A stretch of DNA of 64,000 nt from an uncultured Treponema sp. (GTDB lineage Bacteria > Spirochaetota > Spirochaetia > Treponematales > Rectinemataceae): assembly GCA_964453055.1 (NCBI GenBank), contig CAYVOD010000001.1:13118-77117 (forward strand), written 5' to 3'. The position numbers and the translations under genes were made by a program. The notes under the pieces were generated by a model. That model had not been told where the DNA came from, did no database searches, and was given only the letters and a program-made list of their open reading frames with translations. Positions 26,270 to 34,802 of this stretch are shown here, piece by piece (position 1 is the first letter of the stretch; each line of letters opens with the position of its first letter).

Positions 26270-27724
26270 TCAGCCTCTTACTTCGGCGATCGCTTCCTTG
26301 AGCAGCTCTTCCAGCATCTCCCTGGGCGGTTCCTTGATATGTCCGGCCGTCATCAGGTCCTTGGTCATCTTCCTGGAAGCCTGGATGTCTGCCAGGGCCT
26401 TGTCGTGCACTTCCTGCCAGGTGGACTTAATGCGGGCGACGCCCTCGGCGATGGCCTGCATAGCGACGTCGGCCGCCTCTACGGCGAAGACATCGGTTTC
26501 TTCCATCGTGGCGACGATGTTGTCGGGACCTATGCCGCGAGCCCTGGCGAAGTCGGCCAGGGAATGGGCGCAGCGGATCGCCATGCCGTCGGTGATTTTG
26601 CGGGCCCGGACAGCCAGGGCACCCTTGAGGATGCCGGGGAAGCATACTGAGTTGTTCACCTGGTTCGGGAAATCCCCGCGGCCAGTGGCTACGATGAAAG
26701 CCCCTTCTTCCTTAGCCGCGTGAGGCCAGATCTCGGGAACGGGGTTCGCGCAGGCGAACACGATGGCCTTGGGCGCCATGGAGCGTATCCATTCGCGTTT
26801 GACTGTATCCGGTCCGGGGGTCGAGAGCGCGATGAGCACGTCCGCTCCCTTTATCGCTTCGGCCTCCCCGTCGATGCGATTGGGATTCGTGGCCTGGCAG
26901 AGTTCCCATTTCCTGTAGAGCCTCGAATCGGCCTCTATGTCCTTCCTGCCCGCATGGAGAGAACCCTTGGTGTCGAACATGATCAGGTTCTCGCCCTTGG
27001 CTCCGTCGGCAAGGATCAAGCGCGCTATGGTGGTGTTGGAGGCGCCGGCGCCGAGGAATACTATCTTTGCGTCAGAGAGTTTCTTGCCCGCCAGATGAAG
27101 GGCGTTCAATAGGCCGGCCAGGGTCACGCTGGCCGTTCCCTGGGCGTCGTCGTGCCAAACCGGGATGTCACAGCTCTCGCGCAGCTCGTCCAGCACCTTG
27201 TAGCAGTTCGGCTGGCTGATATCCTCGAGGTTGACCGCTCCCACCGAGGGCTGGAGCATTTTCACGAACTCGATGATCTTGTCCGGGTCGTGCTTGCCGT
27301 CCTTGCCCCGGGAGTCCACGCAGAGGGCGATGGAATCCACGCCGCCTAGGTACTTCATGAGGAAGGCCTTGCCTTCCATGACGCCCAGACCTCCCGGAGG
27401 AGTGCAATCCCCGTCGCCGAGGACGCGGGTTGAATCCGATACCACGGCTACCAGGTTGCCCCGGTTGGAAAGCGCGAAGGAGCTGTCGTTATCATCCCTA
27501 ATTGTGGTTGAGATCTTAGATACCCCGGGGGTGTACCAGACGTTGAACCAGTTGAATCCATAGACCCCCGCCTTGGGCAGGGTCTGCATTTTCCCGCCGT
27601 AAAAGGCGTGAGCCTTGAGGGAAAGTTTTTTGAGAAAGAGCGTCTGGGCCCGGGCTTTCTGGTCCGGACTCAGGTCGGAGGGAAAGGCCTTGGATAAATT
27701 CGCTAGACTAAGGTCGAGTTCCAT
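26270..27724 (-). CDS. NAD(P)-dependent malic enzyme (short, no PTA domain)
   Basis: A malic-enzyme N-terminal domain and NAD-binding domain are present (FYGGKMQ, VVSDSTRVLGDGD, FLGAGASNTT). The start was moved to Met9, downstream of an AAGGA. Confidence 0.85.
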   Translation of the reverse strand: MELDLSLANLSKAFPSDLSPDQKARAQTLFLKKLSLKAHAFYGGKMQTLPKAGVYGFNWFNVWYTPGVSKISTTIRDDNDSSFALSNRGNLVAVVSDSTRVLGDGDCTPPGGLGVMEGKAFLMKYLGGVDSIALCVDSRGKDGKHDPDKIIEFVKMLQPSVGAVNLEDISQPNCYKVLDELRESCDIPVWHDDAQGTASVTLAGLLNALHLAGKKLSDAKIVFLGAGASNTTIARLILADGAKGENLIMFDTKGSLHAGRKDIEADSRLYRKWELCQATNPNRIDGEAEAIKGADVLIALSTPGPDTVKREWIRSMAPKAIVFACANPVPEIWPHAAKEEGAFIVATGRGDFPNQVNNSVCFPGILKGALAVRARKITDGMAIRCAHSLADFARARGIGPDNIVATMEETDVFAVEAADVAMQAIAEGVARIKSTWQEVHDKALADIQASRKMTKDLMTAGHIKEPPREMLEELLKEAIAEVRG

Positions 27725-27775
27725 AAGGGCACCATCCTTGTTTGGCAATATTTTTGTTCTGCCCCAATCGGGACA

Positions 27776-28762
27776 TCAGGAAATCCCGGTGAGCGCTTTT
27801 ATATACTGGAGACGCATATACTCCTCGAGCCGCCCGGTGCTTTTGGCCGAAAGCCTGCCCCGCATCGAGTCGACTGAGGAGAATCCCTGAGTCTCCATGA
27901 GGCTGCGCAGGTCATCCAAAATCTTGCCTACGGTCTTCCATCCTCCCTTGTACAGGGCGGAGCAGACTTGAACCGCGCTGGCTCCGGCGAGGATGAACTT
28001 AGCCATGGTCTGGGCGTCGTGGATGCCCGTAGCCCCGCAGAGCTCGATACCGGCCCGCTGGAACAATAGCGCCATCCATCTCAGGCTGTCGTGGTACTCA
28101 TCGCCGCTGCTCATGGGCTGGGCGCGAACGAGCTTCATGGCGTCGATATCTATATCCAGCCTATAGAATCGATTGAAAAGCACCAGTGCGTTGGCGCCGA
28201 GCTTGGAAATGGAAGCGGCCAGATGGGGCAGGCTCGAGTAATGGGAGCCGAGCTTGACCTCGATAGGCAGTCTGGTAGAACGCCGAACCTCTTTCACGGT
28301 GGAAAGCACCCGGTCTTCGATATCCTTCGAGCTTAGGGTGGGCGAATTGGGCATATAGGCGACATTGAGCTCAAGAGCGTCCGCTCCCGCTTGCTCGATC
28401 TGCGAAGCGAAGGAAGCCCAGTTTCCCGAGCCCACGCAATTTATGCTCGCGATGAGGGGAGTCCTGCCCACTCTTTGCTTGGAGTCCCGCACCAGGGAGA
28501 GGTAAGCGTCGCTGCCTTCTTCCCAGGCCGTCCTAGAGATGAAAGCTTCCGCTTCCGGATAGGCGTCCAGGTCGATCCCCTCGGATTCCTTGCCCAATTC
28601 GGCCAGGATCTGCTCCTCGAAGAGCGATTTGAGGACCACCGCTCCAGCTCCGGCCTCGGCGGCCTTTTCTGCTCCCTCGGGGCTGCCCGTGAGGCCAGAG
28701 GACGCGACAATGAGCGGGTTTTCGAGAACAAGTCCCATATAGTGCGTACGTAGGTCTACCAT
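27776..28762 (-). CDS. dihydroorotate dehydrogenase-like (class 1 DHOD / PreA-like) TIM-barrel flavoprotein
   Basis: Motifs LENPLIVASSGLT, the pattern IASINC...ELNV, and a C-terminal FMN phosphate-binding-like region (GATGI..A......ILAGASAVQVCSA) are present. AAGGAG lies 7 nt upstream of the chosen ATG. Confidence 0.7.
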   Translation of the reverse strand: MVDLRTHYMGLVLENPLIVASSGLTGSPEGAEKAAEAGAGAVVLKSLFEEQILAELGKESEGIDLDAYPEAEAFISRTAWEEGSDAYLSLVRDSKQRVGRTPLIASINCVGSGNWASFASQIEQAGADALELNVAYMPNSPTLSSKDIEDRVLSTVKEVRRSTRLPIEVKLGSHYSSLPHLAASISKLGANALVLFNRFYRLDIDIDAMKLVRAQPMSSGDEYHDSLRWMALLFQRAGIELCGATGIHDAQTMAKFILAGASAVQVCSALYKGGWKTVGKILDDLRSLMETQGFSSVDSMRGRLSAKSTGRLEEYMRLQYIKALTGIS

Positions 28763-28895
28763 GCACAAACTCCTTGATTACCGAATTTCTTAGTATAGTA
28801 TAGCAGGATTCCCGATGCTCGGGGAGTCTTAAAATCTGCGGCCGATGCTGTCCGCCGAGGGCTCGGGTTCTGTTTTCCTCCCCGGCTATTCTATT

Positions 28896-30632
28896 TTACA
28901 GCCCCAGGGACTTTTTCTCGGTCAGCTCCCGTACGCGAGCGATGAAGGCATCCACCGCAAGACCGTTTTCCTGGCGGCCGTCCCTCATGCGCAGCGAAAG
29001 GCTCTTCTCGTCCATTTCCTTCTGACCCACTACTAGCATATAGGGAATCTTCCTACCTTGGGCTTCCCGGATCTTGGCGTTCATCCTGGCATCCGAGAGA
29101 TCGGCTCTAGCTCTCAGCCCCGCGGCTTTGAGGTTCGCGCAAAGCTCCTTGGCATAGGCGTCGAAAGCGGGGGCCACGGGGATGACCACTGCCTGTTCGG
29201 GACAGAGCCAGACAGGGAAGGCGCCGGCGGTATGCTCGAGGTAGACGCCGAAAAAGCGCTCGATCGAGCCGAGAAGGGCGCGGTGCACCATGTAAGGCCG
29301 TTTGCGCTGGCCGTCGGCATCCACGTAGGTCATATCGAAGCGCTCGGGCTCGTTGAAGTCGAACTGTATGGTGGTAAGTTGCCACTCCCTGCCTATGGCG
29401 TCCTTAATCTTGAGGTCGATCTTGGGTCCGTAGAAGGCCCCTCCCCCCTCGTCCATCTCGTAGGCCAGGCCTTCCTTATCCACAGCCTTACGCAGGGATT
29501 CCAGGGCTGTATCCCACATTTCCTGGGCGCCCACCGAACCGTCGCCGGTGGGCTTGGTGGCCAGATAGGCCTTTATTTCCTTGAAGCCAAGGGTTTTGTG
29601 CATGTACAGTGAGAATCGCAGGACTTCGGCTATCTCATCCTCGATCTGGTCGGGGGTGCAGATAATATGGGCGTCGTCCTGGGTAAAGCCACGCACCCGG
29701 GCCAGGCCGTGGAGGGTGCCAGAGCGCTCGTAGCGGTAGACGGTGCCCAACTCGGCCCAGCGCAGGGGCAGGTCCCTGTAAGAGTGGACGCCGTTGTTGT
29801 AAATCATGATGTGGAAGGGGCAGTTCATGGGTTTGATGTAGTAATCGTCCTCGTCGATCTTCATGGGGGAGTACATGCCCGCCTTGTAGAATCCCAAGTG
29901 TCCCGAGGTCTGCCAGAGCCATGATTTGCCGATATGGGGGGTGAAAAGGATTTCGTAGCCGTTCTTGTAGTGCTCGTCCCTCCACCAGTTCTCCAAGGCC
30001 ACCCTGAAGCGACCGCCCATGGGATGCCAGTACACCAGACCGGGGCCGGCCTCTTCGTGGGTGGAGAAGAGGTCCAGTTCCTTGCCCAGCTTGCGGTGAT
30101 CCCGCTTTTCGGCTTCTTCAAGCATCTTGAGGTGGGCTTCCAGCTCCGCTTTCGAAGCGAAGGCGTAGGCGTAGATGCGGGTGAGCATGGGGCGTTTCTC
30201 GTCGCCCCTCCAGTAAGCGCCGGCTACGGAGCGCAGCTTGAAGCAATCTGGGCGGATCTGCCTGGTATTTTCCAGGTGCGGTCCACGGCAGAGATCCACG
30301 AAGCCGTCTTGCTCATAGATTGAAATCGTTCCTTCTTCCAGGCCGTCTATAAGTTCCAGCTTGAAGTCCTGGCCGGCGAAGAGCTTCTTCGCCTCTTCCT
30401 TGCTGATTTCCTTCCTCGTGAAAGCGTGGCCGCCGGAGATTATACGCCTCATCTCCTTCTCGACGGCCGGCAGGTCCTCGAGGGTAATGGGTTTCGGCAG
30501 GAGAAAGTCGTAGTAAAATCCGTCGTCTATGGCGGGGCCGATGCCGAACTGGGTTCCGGGGTAGAGATGAAGGACCGCCTCGGCCAGGACATGGGCGGCT
30601 GAATGCCTCAGCTTGTCAACATCGATTTCCAT
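28896..30632 (-). CDS. thrS: threonine--tRNA ligase lacking the N-terminal TGS domain
   Basis: The protein starts directly in the editing (tRNA_SAD) domain (LRHSAAHVLAEAV...GFYYDF). The class II catalytic core and anticodon-binding domain follow. The start was moved to Met13, which has AAGGAG upstream. Confidence 0.92.
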   Translation of the reverse strand: MEIDVDKLRHSAAHVLAEAVLHLYPGTQFGIGPAIDDGFYYDFLLPKPITLEDLPAVEKEMRRIISGGHAFTRKEISKEEAKKLFAGQDFKLELIDGLEEGTISIYEQDGFVDLCRGPHLENTRQIRPDCFKLRSVAGAYWRGDEKRPMLTRIYAYAFASKAELEAHLKMLEEAEKRDHRKLGKELDLFSTHEEAGPGLVYWHPMGGRFRVALENWWRDEHYKNGYEILFTPHIGKSWLWQTSGHLGFYKAGMYSPMKIDEDDYYIKPMNCPFHIMIYNNGVHSYRDLPLRWAELGTVYRYERSGTLHGLARVRGFTQDDAHIICTPDQIEDEIAEVLRFSLYMHKTLGFKEIKAYLATKPTGDGSVGAQEMWDTALESLRKAVDKEGLAYEMDEGGGAFYGPKIDLKIKDAIGREWQLTTIQFDFNEPERFDMTYVDADGQRKRPYMVHRALLGSIERFFGVYLEHTAGAFPVWLCPEQAVVIPVAPAFDAYAKELCANLKAAGLRARADLSDARMNAKIREAQGRKIPYMLVVGQKEMDEKSLSLRMRDGRQENGLAVDAFIARVRELTEKKSLGL

Positions 30633-30639
30633 GGTAAAG

Positions 30640-31068
30640 CTCCTTTTCGGTCCGAGCCCGGAGCGCATCGTCGAGTTTAGCGTTCCGGCGCGCTCAAGAC
30701 CGCGGTAGATAAACAGTAAGGCCCCCAGACAATACGTCGTTAACGGGAAGCCATGCTTCGCGTAAGGACGAATCGCCCGGGGGCCGTATCGGAAGATCCC
30801 GCCTTATCCGGCCTGGACCGGGCGGGCTTAGCATCCGTAGGGCTTCACGGAAATCCGCGGTACCACCTTACTTCGGCACCCCGCGACGGGGGCCGCGCTC
30901 GTCGCCTGTAACGGAAGGCTCCGGCTTGGAATACTCGCCTCATCCCAAAAGAGAGGTTTTCACCTAAGCTGCTAGGGAGTGGTTTTCTCCGGTCACGCGA
31001 CGGGGTCCTTTCAGCCTGGAAAAACGTTGCCCTCACGGCTTAAGTTTTCCGGGACCCCTCTCTCTTGA
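30640..31068 (-). promoter_or_regulatory. T-box-like leader RNA of thrS
   Basis: On the minus strand: AAGGUGGUACCGCGG (30855-30869), the F-box CCGUUA (30909-30914), a Stem-III-like hairpin GCGACG/CGUCGC (30883-30905), and an upstream structured domain of about 110 nt closed by AAGAGAGAGG (31057-31066) / CCUCUCUUUU (30947-30956). That domain contains ACC triplets at 30981-30983 and 30991-30993. Confidence 0.6.
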
Positions 31069-31218
31069 CGCGCTAGGATCCGGATACTCGTCTCCTTCGA
31101 CGCATTTCAGGGAACTATGCTCCCGCTCTCCGCGAAATGTCAATACGGAGGACCTCATTGCGCAACGCTATTCGATAGTCTTGTTTCTCAGTATATTCGT
31201 CGATACTTTATTATTAGC

Positions 31219-31536
31219 ATGAGCGGAATCGTATCGAACCAAGGGGAGATAATCTCCCAGACAGAAGAATCGGTCCATCCCAGAGAACCCGAGGAATATC
31301 GGGTCATTTTGCTGAATGACGATTTCACGACCATGGAATTCGTCGTTTCCGTGTTGATGACGATATTCCACAAGTCCCTGCCCGAGGCTACCAAGATCAT
31401 GGTGGATGTCCACCGCAAGGGCAAGGGAATTGTGGGCGAGTATAGTTACGACATCGCCGCGACGAAAATCAATCAGGTGCACGGCCTGGCGCGGCAGATG
31501 GGATTTCCCCTGAAGTGCACCATGGAGAAAGTGTAA
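31219..31536 (+). CDS. clpS: ATP-dependent Clp protease adaptor ClpS
   Basis: The ClpS core YRVILLNDDFTTMEFVVSVLMTIF is present. The start is taken at Met35 of the ORF, although no obvious SD precedes it. Confidence 0.85.
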   Translation: MSGIVSNQGEIISQTEESVHPREPEEYRVILLNDDFTTMEFVVSVLMTIFHKSLPEATKIMVDVHRKGKGIVGEYSYDIAATKINQVHGLARQMGFPLKCTMEKV

Positions 31537-31539
31537 GGT

Positions 31540-33957
31540 ATGAAGGTCAGTCAGGAAGTTCAGGCCATTTTCAACGCGGCCTATAACGAAGCCAAGCTCC
31601 GAAACCACGAATATCTCACGCCGGAGCATATTCTCTACGCCGGGCTTTCTTTTGAAAAGCTTAGACTTGTCATGGAGGGCTGCGACGCCGACGTTGAGCA
31701 GCTTAAGCGGGGCATAGAGGCGTATTTCGAGCAAAAAGTGCCCGTGCTGCGCTCCTCCGCCGAGCCCGTGCAGACCTCCAGCTTCCAGGCCGTCATCGAG
31801 CGGGCTGTCATGCAGTCCCAGGCTTCGGGCAAGGAAGAGGTTGAGATTTCCGACCTCATCGTCTCCCTCTACGACGAGGAAAGAACCTATGCGGGTTATT
31901 ACATGCGCAAACTGGGAATCAAGCGGCTCCAGCTCCTGGAGGTGCTTTCCCACGGCATAGGGGAATCCACGGGCGAGGAGGCCGAGTTCCTCGATGAGGG
32001 CGAAGGCAGGCCGGACCTGGAAGGCAAGGACAAGCGCGGACTCAAACCTGGACCGCTCGAGCGTTTCGCGACGGATCTGACGGCCCAGGCCGCCGCTGGC
32101 AAGCTGGAACCGGTCATCGGCAGGGAGGCCGAGATCGAACGCACGATCCAGGTACTCTGTCGCAGGCTCAAGAACAACCCGATCCATGTGGGAGAGGCGG
32201 GGGTGGGCAAGACGGCCATCACCGAAGGGCTTGCCCAGCGGATCGTCGCGGGCAGCGTCCCTCCCCTGTTGAAGGATTACACTATTTACAGCCTCGATAT
32301 GGGAGCCCTCCTGGCGGGCACGAAATTCAGAGGCGATTTCGAGGAGAGGGTCAAGAAGGTCGTCGATATACTGCTCAAGAAGGAAAAGGCGATACTCTTC
32401 ATCGACGAGATCCATACCATCGTCGGCGCGGGAGCGGTCACCGGGGGCTCAATGGACGCGTCGAACCTCCTGAAGCCCGCCCTCACCTCGGGCAAGTTGC
32501 GCTGCATCGGCTCCACGACCTACGACGAATACAACAAGATATTCGAGAAGGACCGCGCCCTGTCGAGGCGCTTCCAGAAGATCGATATAACCGAGCCGAG
32601 CCAAAGCGAGACGGTGGAGATACTGAAGGGACTGAGACCTAAATACGAGGAATTCCACAGGGTCCATTTCTCGGACGAAGCCCTCGAGGCGGCGGTACGG
32701 CTTTCCGCCCAGTTCATCACCGAAAGGAGACTGCCCGACAAAGCCATCGACGTAATCGACGAGGCTGGGGCCAGGGCGAGGATAAGCGCCTTCAAGCTTG
32801 GGCAGAAGTCGGGAGCGACTGCTTCAGGCGATAAGGCCGCCGGAGACGCGGCCGCGGGCAAGGCAGCTTCAGGAGAGGCGGCTTCAGGCGAGGCGTCCGG
32901 AGCCGAGACCGTTGTGGACATCAAGGTCCCGGAAATCGAAACCGTTGTGGCCAAGATCGCCAGAATACCCGAGCGCTCGGTCTCCTCATCGGAAAAGGAA
33001 AGGCTCTCGGGTCTTGAAATCTCCTTGAAGCAGGAGGTTTTCGGCCAGGACGCCGCGATCGCCGCCGTGGTAAAGGCCGTAAAGCGTTCCAGGGCCGGCT
33101 TCAGGGCTCCCGATAAGCCCGTGGCTAATTTCCTTTTCGTGGGTCCCACCGGAGTGGGCAAGACAGAGCTGGCCAGGCAGCTGGCTAAGCAGCTTGGGGT
33201 AAGCCTTCACCGCTTCGATATGAGCGAGTACCAGGAAAAACACACTGTTTCCCGACTTATCGGCTCCCCTCCCGGCTATGTAGGCTACGAGGAAGGCGGC
33301 CTGCTCACCGACACGGTCCGCAAGAATCCCCACGCAGTCGTGCTCCTGGACGAAATAGAGAAGGCTCACCCGGACATTTACAATATTTTGCTGCAGATAA
33401 TGGATTACGCCACCCTCACTGACAACCAGGGAAGGAAGGCGGACTTCCGCAATGTCATCCTCATCATGACCAGCAACGCCGGCGCCAGGGACGTGGGCAA
33501 GAACCTCATCGGCTTCGGCGACAGGACTTTAAGCAACTCAGCCCTGGACGAGGCGGTCGAACGGGCTTTCACCCCCGAATTCAGGAACAGACTGGACGCG
33601 GTGGTCCATTTCGGCAACCTGCCTATGGAAATAATTGAACGAATCGTCTCCAAGACGTTGGACGATTTCAACCTCCAGCTGGCGGAGAAAAAGGTTAGGC
33701 TGGTTGCCCGGGATTCGGTGATCAAGTACCTCGCCGAAAAGGGCTATTCTAGGGAATTCGGTGCCCGGAACATATCCAGGCTGGTGGAGGACAAGATCAA
33801 GTCTTTCTTTGTCGACGAGGTGCTCTTCGGCCGGCTGGAGAAAGGCGGCACAGCCGTGGCCGACATGGTGGACGGGCAGGTGGTTTTCAGCGTCGAACCC
33901 CAGGCTGCGGAATTGTTGGCCGAAAAAACTGAAGAACCAGCGGCGGTTCAGCCTTAA
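31540..33957 (+). CDS. clpA: ATP-dependent Clp protease ATP-binding subunit ClpA
   Basis: A Clp_N repeat domain and two AAA+ modules are present ([10 protein letters not shown]; [10 protein letters not shown]), along with sensor motifs. A low-complexity Ala/Gly/Ser linker insertion is also present. Confidence 0.93.
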   Translation: MKVSQEVQAIFNAAYNEAKLRNHEYLTPEHILYAGLSFEKLRLVMEGCDADVEQLKRGIEAYFEQKVPVLRSSAEPVQTSSFQAVIERAVMQSQASGKEEVEISDLIVSLYDEERTYAGYYMRKLGIKRLQLLEVLSHGIGESTGEEAEFLDEGEGRPDLEGKDKRGLKPGPLERFATDLTAQAAAGKLEPVIGREAEIERTIQVLCRRLKNNPIHVGEAGVGKTAITEGLAQRIVAGSVPPLLKDYTIYSLDMGALLAGTKFRGDFEERVKKVVDILLKKEKAILFIDEIHTIVGAGAVTGGSMDASNLLKPALTSGKLRCIGSTTYDEYNKIFEKDRALSRRFQKIDITEPSQSETVEILKGLRPKYEEFHRVHFSDEALEAAVRLSAQFITERRLPDKAIDVIDEAGARARISAFKLGQKSGATASGDKAAGDAAAGKAASGEAASGEASGAETVVDIKVPEIETVVAKIARIPERSVSSSEKERLSGLEISLKQEVFGQDAAIAAVVKAVKRSRAGFRAPDKPVANFLFVGPTGVGKTELARQLAKQLGVSLHRFDMSEYQEKHTVSRLIGSPPGYVGYEEGGLLTDTVRKNPHAVVLLDEIEKAHPDIYNILLQIMDYATLTDNQGRKADFRNVILIMTSNAGARDVGKNLIGFGDRTLSNSALDEAVERAFTPEFRNRLDAVVHFGNLPMEIIERIVSKTLDDFNLQLAEKKVRLVARDSVIKYLAEKGYSREFGARNISRLVEDKIKSFFVDEVLFGRLEKGGTAVADMVDGQVVFSVEPQAAELLAEKTEEPAAVQP
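32866..32895 (+). repeat. tandem 15-bp repeat inside the clpA D1-D2 linker
   Basis: GCTTCAGGAGAGGCG followed by GCTTCAGGCGAGGCG, encoding [11 protein letters not shown] third partial copy, GCTTCAGGCGA, lies at 32821-32831. Confidence 0.8.
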
Positions 33958-33965
33958 CAGCCGAA

Positions 33966-34721
33966 ATGATCCGCTTTCTGGGCAGGCTGGAAGCGCTGGG
34001 TACAGACAGGGGCTACCGCTTTCCCTCCGCGGAAGAAGCCTCGCCTGAAGGCATAGTCTGCGCCGGCGGGAATCTCTCGCCGGGCATGTTGCTTTCGGCC
34101 TATAGGCAAGGCATTTTTCCTTGGTACAGCGACGACGAGCCGATTCTCTGGTGGAGCCCCAATCCGCGTTTCGCTGTCCTCCCCGAAACCCTCCACGTTT
34201 CGCGAAGCTCGCTCCGCCTGCTCCGCAAGAGAGAATACGACTTCAGCCTGGATCGGCGCTTTGGGGATGTCATCGAGGCCTGCGCCAAGGTTCCCAGGCC
34301 AGGGCAGCTCGGCACGTGGATACTTCCGGAAATGATCGAAGCCTACACGAAGCTTCATGAGCTAGGTTACGCTCATTCCCTGGAGGTGTGGAAAGAGGGT
34401 CTTCTGGTCGGGGGACTCTATGGTATAAGCATCGGGGGAGCCTTTTTCGGCGAATCCATGTTCAGCCTTAGTCCGGGGGCCTCCAGGGCAGGATTCTTGA
34501 GTCTGGCTTTGTGGCTCTTCGAGCGGGGATTCCTTCTTATCGACAGCCAGGTGCATACTCTTTACGTGGAAACCATGGGAGGCGTGGACCTGCCCAGAGG
34601 CAGCTACCTGTCGAAACTTGCCAGGGCTTTGTACCTGCCCGACAGTATGGGAAACTGGGGCGAGCTTTTTCCGGGCTTTCCCGAGTCTGCTGAGCTAATC
34701 CGGCTTCTCGGCCCCAGGTAA
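33966..34721 (+). CDS. aat: leucyl/phenylalanyl-tRNA--protein transferase
   Basis: L/F-transferase motifs are present (GIFPWYSDDEPILWWSPNPR, GGLYG...GGAFFGESMF). It lies immediately downstream of clpS-clpA. Confidence 0.9.
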   Translation: MIRFLGRLEALGTDRGYRFPSAEEASPEGIVCAGGNLSPGMLLSAYRQGIFPWYSDDEPILWWSPNPRFAVLPETLHVSRSSLRLLRKREYDFSLDRRFGDVIEACAKVPRPGQLGTWILPEMIEAYTKLHELGYAHSLEVWKEGLLVGGLYGISIGGAFFGESMFSLSPGASRAGFLSLALWLFERGFLLIDSQVHTLYVETMGGVDLPRGSYLSKLARALYLPDSMGNWGELFPGFPESAELIRLLGPR

Positions 34722-34802
34722 AAAAGGGGAAATACTGGAAGCGGCCGTAGAATATTTATCGTTTTTTACATAGAGTGAAGTCATGGCAGGTCACGTAGGA
34801 CG

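Noticed and set aside
30669-31116. I considered that the long structured intergenic region might be RNase P RNA, tmRNA or another housekeeping ncRNA.
   Set aside because: Neither strand has a GAGGAAAGUCCGG-type P4 motif or an ACAGAA..CCGGCUUA partner, which rules out RNase P. There is no tRNA-like 3' end (GGUUCGAUUCC...CCA) and no tag-ORF architecture, which rules out tmRNA. The motifs present (GGUGGUACCGCG, CCGUUA) fit a T-box leader instead.
31168-32415. A 415-aa minus-strand ORF lies opposite clpS/clpA.
   Set aside because: The plus-strand ORFs carry unmistakable ClpS and ClpA motifs. The antisense ORF has no recognisable motifs and a biased composition.
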